A stretch of 64,000 bases of DNA, taken from contig CBDFLJ010000002.1 in NCBI GenBank assembly GCA_965248835.1, positions 2,368,001 to 2,432,000 of the forward strand, written 5' to 3'. This document shows, in pieces, positions 29,177 through 38,322 of this stretch. Within the stretch, counting starts at the first letter, position 1. The number at the start of each line of letters is the position of its first letter. The stretch is from Alphaproteobacteria bacterium (lineage in GTDB: Bacteria; Pseudomonadota; Alphaproteobacteria; MPNO01). The position numbers and the translations under genes were made by a program. Below the pieces are notes generated by a model. The model worked only from the letters and a program-made list of their open reading frames with translations. It made no database searches and was not told the origin of the DNA.

Positions 29177-30491
29177 TTATCTCGCTTTGATCATGTTTCC
29201 GGTGCTGTTGCTGGCGCTGTTTATTGGGTTCCCCGTCGCCTTTTCCATGATGGGCGTCGCCCTGGTCTTCGGCTATCTGACCTTCGATTCCGCGGTCATC
29301 TTTCAGTTCGCCCAGAAGGTCGACGCCGTCGCATCGAATTTCGTCCTCGCGGCCGTGCCGTTGTTCATTTTCATGGGGGCGATGCTGGAGCGTTCCGGGA
29401 TCGCGGAAAAGCTGTTCGAGGCGGTGCATCTCTGGACCCGCCGCCTGCCGGGCGGCCTGGCCGTCGGCACTGTGGTCATGTGCGTGATTTTCGCCGCATC
29501 GTCGGGGGTCATCGGAGCCACCGAGACCGTCGTCGGGCTCCTGGCGATCCCGGTGATGATGAGATACGCCTACGACAAGGGCCTGATCTCCGGCACCATC
29601 TGCGCCGGCGGTTCGCTGGGGACGATCATTCCCCCGTCGGTGGTGGTGGTGGTGCTGGGCCCGGTGGCCGATGTCTCGGTCGGCGATCTCTTCGTCGGGA
29701 TGGTGTTCCCCGGCTTGCTGATGGCCGGGCTCTACATCGCCTATATCCTGGTTCGTTGCACCGTCGATCCCCGGGCCGGGCCGAGGATTCCGCCCTCGCC
29801 GGACGAGCCGCCGCTGCTCGCGAGGATCCACGTCACGCTGGTCGCCCTGGCTCCGCCCGTGGCGATGATCACCGCGGTGCTGGGTTCGATCATGTTCGGC
29901 CTCGCCGCGCCCACGGAAGCGGCCGCGCTCGGTGCCCTCGGGTCGATAATCCTGGCGATCCTCTATCGGCGCTTCAGCCTCGCGGTGTTGAACGAGGCCG
30001 TGCTGAAGACCCTGAAGGTCACCTGCATGATCTTCCTGATCCTGCTCGGCGGGAACATGTTTGCGGGCGTCTTCGTGGGGTCCGGCGGCATCGCGCTGGC
30101 GCAGGACCTCATCCAGCAGGCCCAATTGACGCCGTGGATGACGCTCGCGGTGTTTCTGTTCATATGCTTCGCCGCCGGGTTCGTGCTGGACTGGATCTCG
30201 GTGCTGTTGATCTTCATCCCGGTCTTCATGCCCATCGTCGAGTCGATGGGGTTCGATCCGGTCTGGTTCTGCGTCATGTTCCTGGTGGTGATCCAGACCA
30301 GCTATCTGACGCCGCCGATGGCCCCGGCGATCTTCTATCTGCGCGGCATCAGCCCGCCGGAGATCACCCTCCGCCACATGTTTTCCGGCGTGGTCCCCTT
30401 CATCCTCTTGCAGTTGATCTGCCTGGCGATCGTCGGCTATTTCCCGCAAATGGTGCTCTGGTTGCCGGCGCAGCTCCTCGGTTTCAGGTAG
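29169..30491 (+). CDS. dctM: TRAP large permease (DctM)
   Basis: LAAVPLFIFMG, GSLGTIIPPS, SYLTPP. Confidence 0.93.
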   Translation: MGDYLALIMFPVLLLALFIGFPVAFSMMGVALVFGYLTFDSAVIFQFAQKVDAVASNFVLAAVPLFIFMGAMLERSGIAEKLFEAVHLWTRRLPGGLAVGTVVMCVIFAASSGVIGATETVVGLLAIPVMMRYAYDKGLISGTICAGGSLGTIIPPSVVVVVLGPVADVSVGDLFVGMVFPGLLMAGLYIAYILVRCTVDPRAGPRIPPSPDEPPLLARIHVTLVALAPPVAMITAVLGSIMFGLAAPTEAAALGALGSIILAILYRRFSLAVLNEAVLKTLKVTCMIFLILLGGNMFAGVFVGSGGIALAQDLIQQAQLTPWMTLAVFLFICFAAGFVLDWISVLLIFIPVFMPIVESMGFDPVWFCVMFLVVIQTSYLTPPMAPAIFYLRGISPPEITLRHMFSGVVPFILLQLICLAIVGYFPQMVLWLPAQLLGFR

Positions 30492-30512
30492 CGGCGACGA
30501 TGACCGGGGGGC

Positions 30513-30552
30513 TTGACCTTCGCTTCTGCTTGATGTTTTACTGATATATCAG
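30513..30552 (+). promoter_or_regulatory. Putative promoter with perfect palindromic operator
   Basis: TTGACC at 30513; CTGATATATCAG 30541-30552. Confidence 0.7.
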
Positions 30553-30610
30553 ACACTGGGCGGGATGCGACACCGTCGCCGCTGATCCCGCGCGCGAGCC
30601 GAGAACCGCC

Positions 30611-31510
30611 ATGACACCAGACGAAATTCGTGCAATCCCGCCGAAATTCCTGAGCGAGGCGCAGCGGGAATCCTATTTCGAGACCGGCTATCTGCTGGTG
30701 GAAAAGGCCATATCCGACGACTGGATCGAACGGTTGTGCGCGACCACCGAGGAGATGATCGACCGCAGCCGCGCGATCGGGCGTTCGGACGCGGTGTGGG
30801 ATCTGGAAGAGGGTCACGGCGCCGCCAAGCCCCGCCTCCGCCGGCTCTCCAGCCCCAACGACGAGCATCCGACCTACTGGGACTATGCGGCCAAGTCGAT
30901 CGTGCCGGACATCGTCGCCGACCTGGTCGGGCCCAATGTGAAATTCCATCACTCCAAGCTCAACTTCAAATGGGCCGAGGGCGGCGAAGCCGTCAAATGG
31001 CACCAGGACATCGGCTTCTGGCCGCATACGAACTACAGCCCGTTGACGGTCGGCACCTATCTCTACGATTGCGGCCCCGACCAGGGACCGCTCTGCGTGG
31101 TCTCGGGAAGCCACAACGACGGTCTGCTCGATCAGTACAACGACGAGGGGGAGTGGGTCGGCTGCCTGTCCGACGCGGATGCGGCGGAGATCGACATGTC
31201 CCGGGTCAGGGATCTCGAGGGGCCGGCGGGGTCGATCACCATTCACAACTGCCGCACCATTCACAGCTCCCGGCCGAACAACTCGCCGATCAGCCGCCCG
31301 CTATTGTTGAACGTCTATGCGGCCGTCGACGCGTTCGCCTATACGGTCAATCCGCTTCGTTCCCGTTACGACCGGGCGATCCTGCGCGGCGGGCCCGTCC
31401 GATGGGCCCATCACGACCCGCGCCCGTGCCTGATGCCGCCGGATTGGTCGGGCGGCTACACGTCGATATTCGCCCTTCAGCAAGAGGAAGACCGGCACGC
31501 GTCGCCGTAG
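30611..31510 (+). CDS. Phytanoyl-CoA dioxygenase (PhyH) family Fe/2OG dioxygenase
   Basis: SKLNFK, WHQD, GSH, IHSSRPNNSPISR. Confidence 0.92.
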   Translation: MTPDEIRAIPPKFLSEAQRESYFETGYLLVEKAISDDWIERLCATTEEMIDRSRAIGRSDAVWDLEEGHGAAKPRLRRLSSPNDEHPTYWDYAAKSIVPDIVADLVGPNVKFHHSKLNFKWAEGGEAVKWHQDIGFWPHTNYSPLTVGTYLYDCGPDQGPLCVVSGSHNDGLLDQYNDEGEWVGCLSDADAAEIDMSRVRDLEGPAGSITIHNCRTIHSSRPNNSPISRPLLLNVYAAVDAFAYTVNPLRSRYDRAILRGGPVRWAHHDPRPCLMPPDWSGGYTSIFALQQEEDRHASP

Positions 31511-31536
31511 CCGGTGCGAACGAGGAGGACCACGAG

Positions 31537-32307
31537 ATGATGAGCCAGCGACAGGTCGAGTTCCGCCGGGAGTACCGCTCTCGCATCGCCGGTTGGTACA
31601 ACGGGTATTTCCATGTGGCGGTGATCTATGCGATGGGCGGCGCCGCGCTGCTCTACTTCCTGAGCCACCTCCAGAGCGTCCTGTGGTGGGAATGGCTGTT
31701 CGTGCCGGTGTTCTTTCTCGGCTGCAACGTCTTCGAATGGACGGTCCACCGTTTCGTCATGCATCGGCCCTACAACCAGCCCGGCCTGAGGGCCGTCTAT
31801 GTGCGCCACACGCTGAACCATCACCAGTTCTTTTCCGATTCCGAAATGCGCTTCCGGGGTCCGGGCGACTGGCGGGTGACGGTCTTTCCGCCCTTTGCCC
31901 TGGTCACCTTCATCGTCATGTCGGCGCCGGCCGCGGTGGTCCTCGGCCTCGCGGTTTCCGCTAATGCCGGCTGGCTGCTGATCACCACCACGGTGAGCAT
32001 GTATCTGATCTACGAGTTCATGCATTACTGCTGCCATGTCGACGAGAACGCGTTCGTCCGCCTGTTCCCCTTCGTGAATACGCTGCGCCGCCATCATTTC
32101 GCGCACCACAACACGCGCCTCATGATGGAGGTCAACATGAACCTGACCTTTCCGATCGCCGACTGGATGTTCGGCACCTCGGACCTCGATCGCGGGCTCC
32201 TCGGCCATCTCTTCAACGGGTACAGCGAAAAACACCTGAAGAAGAATTTGCGCGGCGCGCCTGTCCCGCCCTTGGCCCTCGCCGGCGAGGCGCTGCCCGC
32301 GGATTGA
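31537..32307 (+). CDS. Sterol desaturase/fatty acid hydroxylase family protein
   Basis: His boxes HRFVMH, HTLNHH, HYCCH, HHFAHH. Confidence 0.88.
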   Translation: MMSQRQVEFRREYRSRIAGWYNGYFHVAVIYAMGGAALLYFLSHLQSVLWWEWLFVPVFFLGCNVFEWTVHRFVMHRPYNQPGLRAVYVRHTLNHHQFFSDSEMRFRGPGDWRVTVFPPFALVTFIVMSAPAAVVLGLAVSANAGWLLITTTVSMYLIYEFMHYCCHVDENAFVRLFPFVNTLRRHHFAHHNTRLMMEVNMNLTFPIADWMFGTSDLDRGLLGHLFNGYSEKHLKKNLRGAPVPPLALAGEALPAD

Positions 32308-32517
32308 AGCGCCGGACCCCGCAGCACCTTTTGAAAGAGGAACGAAGCACGCCGGATCGGGGCTCGTTGCCCGACGCCACTCCGGTGCTCTACACCAACC
32401 CGCGCACCTTCGGTTCTAACTGATTGATATCAGGTCGTTTTTTCTCCCGCACTTTGTTGCAGGGGGGCGGATTCTGCAACTGTCCGTCCCCCTGCAACTG
32501 CAACCGGGAGAACGCAC

Positions 32518-32769
32518 ATGCCCAAGATCATCCTCACCGAGGCCCGCGTCAGGTCGCTCGGGATCCGCAAGACCACCTACGACATCCGAGATGGCAAGCT
32601 CAGGGGCTTCGGCGTCCGGGTGCTCACCTCGGGACGCAAGCGTTTCTTCGTCCATTGCCAGCATCGAGCGGAACGGGTCTGGAAGGTCGTTGGCGACGCC
32701 GCGATCGTGAGCGTCGACGAGGCCCGGTCACACGCAGCAGAAATGCTTGTTGCGATACGGCGGGGCGAG
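32518..32769 (+). pseudogene. Integrase arm-DNA-binding N-terminal fragment, cut by IS6
   Basis: YDIRDGKLRGFGVRVLTSGRKRFF...SVDEAR. Confidence 0.8.
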
Positions 32770-33305
32770 GGCATTGTCAGACTAAATGGCCTGGAGCTGC
32801 AGAACCTTCAGTTGAGGACCCTTAGGCTGCAAGTTGCCTCCACTCGGCCAGCGCAGCAGCCCGGTCTTGTTTGAAAATGTCGCGGCGGTTGAGATGGCGT
32901 TGGTGGTTGAAACGGTTGTGGATCGAGGCATGGACGGAGGCGAATTTCTGCAGAGATTTTACATCCCTGAATTTGACCATTGCGCGTTCCCGTCGTCGGA
33001 AGGGTTGATGCGCGTTTCCGGCCCGGTTGCCGAGCCGTCGTCCGGTCTCTTGGCGAACCTCGTTCGCCGATCACCTGCAACGCCGCCCGGTATGACCGAA
33101 GCCTGTCCGTGGCGATCGAAGCCGGCCGGCCATAGCGCTTCATCGTGCGCTTCAGGAACTTCGGCGCTGTCCTGAGATCCCGCCGCTTCGCGGCAAAAAC
33201 CCCAAGCCCCTCCCCTTCGTGATCAACGGTGTGCCATGGATTTCGCATCCGGCAAAACTATGGATGCCCCATCTGCCCTTCAATCCATTTTCGTCTGACA
33301 ACGCC
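32770..33305 (-). mobile_element. Internally deleted IS6 with both IRs (536 bp)
   Basis: GGCATTGTCAGAC...GTCTGACAACGCC; frame jumps from MRNP to WHTVDHEGE; left end near-identical to 21585-21648. Confidence 0.88.
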
Positions 33306-33743
33306 GGCGCCGGCGCTGTCGAGGTCGGCGAGGGTGGCGACGGCCGGATCCGCCTGGCGCAGATCGAAGACTTCTCCGCCGACAGCCTGCACGCCTTCCC
33401 GGGCGCCAACCTCGCAACCGGCGCCACCGCCAGGACCGACGGCTGGGCCGGCTGCCTCGGCGCGTCCGGCGTCACACACGACCCGCACGTCGTTGGAAAC
33501 ATGGCCGCCCATATCGTCCTGCCCTGGGTTCATCGCGTCTTCGCCAACCTCAAGACCTGGGCGCTGGGCGTCTGCCACGGCCTCCGACGCCGACACCTGC
33601 AATCCTACCTCGACGCGTTCGTCTCCCGCTTCAACCGGCGCCGGTCCCGCCACGCCGCCTTCCGCTCCATCCTCGGCATCGGCCCCGCAATCAACCCGGC
33701 AACCTACAAAATGTTGATCGCACCGGAGCTACAGGGATAAGCC
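33306..33743 (+). mobile_element. IS1595-family C-terminal fragment with right IR
   Basis: TDGW, LPWVHRVFANLKTW, HLQSYLD..RFNRR; ends CTACAGGGATAAGCC. Confidence 0.85.
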
Positions 33744-33809
33744 TTTCCCGTATAAACTGTGCCCGAAAGCCGGGCAATCTACCTACGAATCCGAGGGGGA
33801 TCTCGCTCG

Positions 33810-35138
33810 ATGCACGATCTCACGGATGTTGCCAGAGGCGACCGGTGTCGGGCGCTCGGGTTGAGCACCTTCTCGTTCACCGTGTGCTTCGCCGTTTGGA
33901 CAATATTCTCGATCATCGGCGTGAAGATCAAACAGGATTTGGGTCTGTCGGAGACCGAATTCGGCATCCTGGTGGCCACCCCGGTGCTGACCGGGTCGGT
34001 CAGCCGCATCTTTCTGGGTGTCTGGACCGAACAATACGGCGGTCGCCTGGTCTTCACGCTCCAGATGCTGGCAACCGCGGTGGCTTGTTGGCTGTTGTCG
34101 GAGGTGCAGACCTACGAGGTCTTCCTGATCGCCGCCCTCGGCGTCGGGTTGGCCGGCGGATCGTTCATCGTCGGCATCGCCTACAACGCGCAATGGTTCG
34201 ACAGGGAGCGCCAGGGCACGGCGCTCGGCATTTTCGGGGTCGGCAATGTCGGCGCGGCGGTCACCAACTTCGGTGCGCCGTTCCTGGTGCTCGCTTTCGG
34301 CTGGGAGCAGACCGCCCAAATCTATGCGGTGCTGCTGGCGCTGACCGGCGTCGCCTTCTTCCTGCTGGCCAAACCGGACCCCGCGGAGGTGGCGCGCAAG
34401 CGCGAGGGGCACAAGCCGGTCTCGGCCAAGGACCAGCTTGCGCCGCTCAGGAACATCCAGGTCTGGCGCTTCGCCACATACTATTTCTTCGTGTTCGGCG
34501 GCTTCGTCGCGCTCGCCTCCTATCTGCCGCGTTTCTACCTCGGCGCCTACGACCTGCCGCTGGCGACCGCAGGCATGCTGGCAGCGGCCTATTCCATGTC
34601 CGGTTCGGTATTTCGTGCTCTCGGCGGCTGGATGTCGGACAAATGGGCCGCGCGCTCGGTCATGTATCTGACCTTCGTCGTGTCGTTGATATGCCTGTTC
34701 GTGATGAGTTATCCGCGTACCGAGTACACCGTTCAGGGCATTGCCGGGCCAATCCAGTTCACCTTCGGCGTCAGTCTGACGGTCTTCGTCATGCTCACCA
34801 TGCTGCTCGGTTTCTCGATGTCGCTCGGCATGGCCGCAGTCTACAAGCATATCCCGGTCTACTACCCGCATCACGTCGGTTCCGTCGGTGGGCTGGTCGG
34901 CATGATCGGCGGCCTGGGAGGGTTTGTCCTGCCGATCACGTTCGGCATCCTGAACGATTGGTTCGGCGTTTGGACCAGTTCCTTCATGCTGCTGTTCGCG
35001 ATCGTGCTGGTGAGCACGGTCTGGATGCACGTGGCGATCCGCCTTATGGAGCGCCGCCGTCACCCGGCGCTGGTTGACGAACTCTATCTCAGCGATGTCC
35101 CGGAAACGCCGCAGCCACCGCCGGAGTCGATGCGCTAG
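33810..35138 (+). CDS. narK: NarK1-type nitrate/nitrite MFS transporter
   Basis: GLAGGSF, GTALGIFGVGNVG, GGLVGMIGGLGGF. Confidence 0.92.
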   Translation: MHDLTDVARGDRCRALGLSTFSFTVCFAVWTIFSIIGVKIKQDLGLSETEFGILVATPVLTGSVSRIFLGVWTEQYGGRLVFTLQMLATAVACWLLSEVQTYEVFLIAALGVGLAGGSFIVGIAYNAQWFDRERQGTALGIFGVGNVGAAVTNFGAPFLVLAFGWEQTAQIYAVLLALTGVAFFLLAKPDPAEVARKREGHKPVSAKDQLAPLRNIQVWRFATYYFFVFGGFVALASYLPRFYLGAYDLPLATAGMLAAAYSMSGSVFRALGGWMSDKWAARSVMYLTFVVSLICLFVMSYPRTEYTVQGIAGPIQFTFGVSLTVFVMLTMLLGFSMSLGMAAVYKHIPVYYPHHVGSVGGLVGMIGGLGGFVLPITFGILNDWFGVWTSSFMLLFAIVLVSTVWMHVAIRLMERRRHPALVDELYLSDVPETPQPPPESMR

Positions 35139-35187
35139 ACCCTGCCCGCCGGCGCGTATTGCCGGCCGGGTTCGAAGAAGGAGAATG

Positions 35188-36139
35188 ATGGCCAAGAACC
35201 TGGCGACCTGGGATCCGGAGGACGATGCGTTCTGGCGCGCCGGCGGCAAACGCATCGCGACCCGCAACCTGTGGATCTCGATTCCCTGCCTGCTGGTCGG
35301 CTTCGCGGTGTGGCTCTATTGGGGGATCATTACGGTTCAGATGATCAATCTGAAGTTTCCGTTCTCCCAGGCCGAACTGTTCACCCTCGCCGCGATCGCC
35401 GGGTTGAGCGGGGCGACCCTGCGTATCCCCTCCTCCTTCTTTATCGGTATCGCCGGCGGCCGCAACACGATCTTCTTGACGACGGCGCTGCTGATCGTCC
35501 CGGCAGCCGGGACCGGGCTCCTGCTCCAGGATCCAAATACGCCGTTGTGGCAGTTCCAGATCATGGCGCTGCTCTCCGGCTTCGGCGGCGGCAATTTCGC
35601 TTCCTCGATGTCGAACATCTCCTTCTTCTATCCGAAGAGCGTGCAGGGCTATTCGCTCGGCATGAACGCCGGCCTCGGCAATTTCGGCGTCACCACGATG
35701 CAGATTCTGGTACCGCTGGTGATGACGGTGGGGATTTTCGGCGGCTCGGCCCTGGTGCTCGCCAACAGCTCGGGCACGCTGATCGGCAAGATCCCGGCCG
35801 GAACCGAGACCTATATTCACAACGCCGGCTATGTCTGGATCGCCATCCTGATCCCGCTGGTGGTCGCTGCCTGGTTCGGGATGAACAACATCACCGCGGA
35901 GCATGTCTCGCCCGGTCTGACATCGACCCCGGCCGCATTCGGCAAGATTCTGGGCATGCTGGCGATCGGGCTCATCACCGCGGCGGTCGGCCTGTGGTTG
36001 TTGCTGCCGGCCAAAGCCAGCGGTTCCGGACTGGAACTGAGCAAGTGGATCGTCCTTCCCCTGGTCATCGCTTCGACGGTTTTTGCCTTGCGGCTGATCC
36101 CCGGCACCATCCGCCGCAGCCTCGACCAGCAATACGCAA
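35188..36139 (+). pseudogene. narK: NarK2-type antiporter truncated by IS3
   Basis: WDPEDDAFW...RNLWIS, GFGGGNFASSMSNISFFYP; homology stops at IS end. Confidence 0.9.
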
Positions 36140-36201
36140 TGAGGTGGCTCCACCTTTTCGGACAGCCTGGCGGCCGGGCTAAGGTGTATTCCGGTTATCG
36201 A

Positions 36202-37152
36202 TCAGGCCGCCAGGATCCCTTTCATGCGATCTTCCTGTTGCTGCTGTTGCGCCTGTGGGGCTTGAACGCATGCGTTCAAGGGCAAGGCGCGGAGCGGCTT
36301 GTCCATCATATCCACGGGCGGGTCGCCGCGGTATGCCTCGGCCGGGGTTCGCCCGTCCAGCGCCGCGTGCGGCCTCTCGAGGTTGTAAAAGCGGACCCAA
36401 TCACGGGTCAGGCGCCGGGCGGCGTAGCCGTCGGCGATCTCGTGGAGATAGACCGCCTCGTATTTGAGCGAGCGCCACAGCCGCTCGATGAAGATGTTGT
36501 CCATGCACCGGCCCCTGCCATCCATCGAGACCCGGATGCCGGGCGCCTGCAGGCGCCCGGTGAAGGCGAAGCTGGTGAACTGGCTGCCTTGGTCGGTGTT
36601 GAATATCTCCGGCCTGCCGTATCGACCCAGGGCCTCGTCGAGCGTGTCTGTACAGAAGCCCGCGTCCAGCGTGTTCGACAGCCGCCAGGCCAGGACGTAC
36701 CGGCTCGCCCAGTCCATGATCGCCACGAGGTAAAGGAAGCCACGCTGCACCGGGATGTAGGTGATATCGGCGCACCAGACATGGTTCGGCCGCTCGATCG
36801 CCAGGCCCCGCAGCAGATATGGGTAAACCCGGTGCTCGGGGTGCGGCGCGCTGGTCCGCGGCGCCCGCCAGATCGCCTGAAGCCCCATCAGGCGCATCAG
36901 CCGTGCGGCCCGCCGGCGCCCGATACGCACGCCCTCGCGGCGCAGGTGAAGCACCATCCGGCGGGCGCCGTAAAACGGGTACTTCAGGAACAGCTCGTCG
37001 ATCCGCCGCATCAACGCCAGCGTCTCGACGCTCTCCCCCTTCGGCTCGTAGTAGAGCGAGGAGCGCGCGATCGACAGCAGGCGGCATTGCCGGCTCAGGC
37101 TCAGCGCCGGGTGATCACGCACCACCATCGCGCGCCGCTCCGTCCGGCTCAT
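36202..37152 (-). CDS. IS3 transposase OrfB (DDE)
   Basis: WCADITY, NTDQGSQF, DNIFIERLWRSLKYE. Confidence 0.93.
   Translation of the reverse strand: MSRTERRAMVVRDHPALSLSRQCRLLSIARSSLYYEPKGESVETLALMRRIDELFLKYPFYGARRMVLHLRREGVRIGRRRAARLMRLMGLQAIWRAPRTSAPHPEHRVYPYLLRGLAIERPNHVWCADITYIPVQRGFLYLVAIMDWASRYVLAWRLSNTLDAGFCTDTLDEALGRYGRPEIFNTDQGSQFTSFAFTGRLQAPGIRVSMDGRGRCMDNIFIERLWRSLKYEAVYLHEIADGYAARRLTRDWVRFYNLERPHAALDGRTPAEAYRGDPPVDMMDKPLRALPLNACVQAPQAQQQQQEDRMKGILAA
36261..36280. repeat. Perfect 20-nt palindrome with CTTGA/TCAAG ends inside OrfB tail
   Basis: CTTGAACGCATGCGTTCAAG. Confidence 0.9.
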
Positions 37153-37433
37153 CGACCGGACCCGCGCGATAAAAAATCCCGCTCCACGATCAGCTCCCCG
37201 ATCTTGGCATGAAGATCGCGGACCTCGCTCTCATGGTCCCGAACCCGCCGCTCGGCGCCCTTCGAGAACACCTCGACCAGACCCTCCATCGCCTGGCGCT
37301 TCCAGGCACCGACCTGGTTCGGATGGACCTGATGCTGCGAGGCGATCTCCTGCAGCGTTCGATCCCCGCGAAGCGCCTCCAGCGCAACCTTCGCCTTCAG
37401 CTCTCCCGAAAATCGACGTCGCTTGCTGCTCAT
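37149..37433 (-). CDS. IS3 transposase OrfA
   Basis: KAKVALEA...VHPNQV..WK; GATTTTTT candidate slip site before ATGA overlap. Confidence 0.9.
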   Translation of the reverse strand: MSSKRRRFSGELKAKVALEALRGDRTLQEIASQHQVHPNQVGAWKRQAMEGLVEVFSKGAERRVRDHESEVRDLHAKIGELIVERDFLSRGSGR

Positions 37434-37509
37434 CTGCATTCCTCCGTTAGACGGGGGAATACACCTTAGCGACCTGTCCGAATTTCCGGGGCCACCTCAG
37501 TCAGCCTGG

Positions 37510-37830
37510 ATGCCATTAGCCTATTCACAGGATTTGCGGACCGTGTGATAGACGCGGTCGCGGTTGGGGGGATGAGCCGGCGTGCTGTGGCGCGTCGGTT
37601 TGGCGTGAGCGAAGCGTCAGAGATTAAATGGGTGCAGCGCTACTGCCGAACCGGGGCGTGCGTGCCGGTGGGCACGGGCGGGCATCGGCGCTCGGTGCTG
37701 AAACCGGAACGCGCCTGGCTGATGGCGGTGATCGAGGCAGCGCCCGGCATCACGCTGGAAGCCCTGCCGCGGCGTCTGGCCGCCGAGCGCGGGGTGCGCG
37801 CCGACACCTCGATGCTGGGCCGGTTCGACC
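37510..37830 (+). pseudogene. IS630 OrfA fragment (frameshifted)
   Basis: MPLAYSQDL/..VIDAVAVGGMSRRAVARRFGVS...IKWVQR. Confidence 0.8.
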
Positions 37831-37845
37831 AGGCCGGACTTTGCC

Positions 37846-38322
37846 CTACAGCGGGATTACCAGCAGCGTGTCGATGCTGCGCGAGTCGCAGACGGCGAGG
37901 CGTTCGGCGAATTTGAGGCCGTCTGCGGTCTCGACGATCCGGTCGAGATACTTGCCGCAGGCGAACACCGACATCGCGCCCGAATGCATGGTTCGGATCA
38001 CCGTGAAGTTGCTCTGGACGCGGTGCACACCGCCCTCGCTCGCCAGGATCTCGGCGGCGGCGATCGTGTGGCGGTAGTGGTGGGGCTCGAAGATGTTGGC
38101 GGTCCTGAGCGCGCTGATGCGGTCGCGCAGCATGCCGACCCCCTCGCAATGCATGATCGCGAGCGGCAGGTCGAGCTCGCGGTTCTCGCGGGTGAGGATG
38201 CGATAAAGCCCGTCATCGACGAAGAAGCCGGGCCAGTCCTCCAGCCGGTCGTCGTCGATCGCATGGACATAGGCGGCGTGCAGCCGCTGGATGCGCGCAA
38301 GCAGGGCAGCGTCCCCGCTCAC
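37846..38322 (-). CDS. Ring-hydroxylating oxygenase beta subunit (NagH/AndAd-like)
   Basis: IDDDRLEDWPGFF, MLRDRI, GKYLD, IDTLLVIPL; GTGA overlap with alpha gene. Confidence 0.9.
   Translation of the reverse strand: MSGDAALLARIQRLHAAYVHAIDDDRLEDWPGFFVDDGLYRILTRENRELDLPLAIMHCEGVGMLRDRISALRTANIFEPHHYRHTIAAAEILASEGGVHRVQSNFTVIRTMHSGAMSVFACGKYLDRIVETADGLKFAERLAVCDSRSIDTLLVIPL

Larger units (their letters stand above)
36140..37499 (-). mobile_element. IS3-family element
   Basis: TG...CA IRs TGAGGTGGCTCCACCTTTTCGGACAG / CTGTCCGAATTTCCGGGGCCACCTCA; no target duplication. Confidence 0.93.

Noticed and set aside
35074-37212. 712-aa ORF as a novel NarK fusion
   Set aside because: It is truncated narK2 reading into the antisense strand of IS3.
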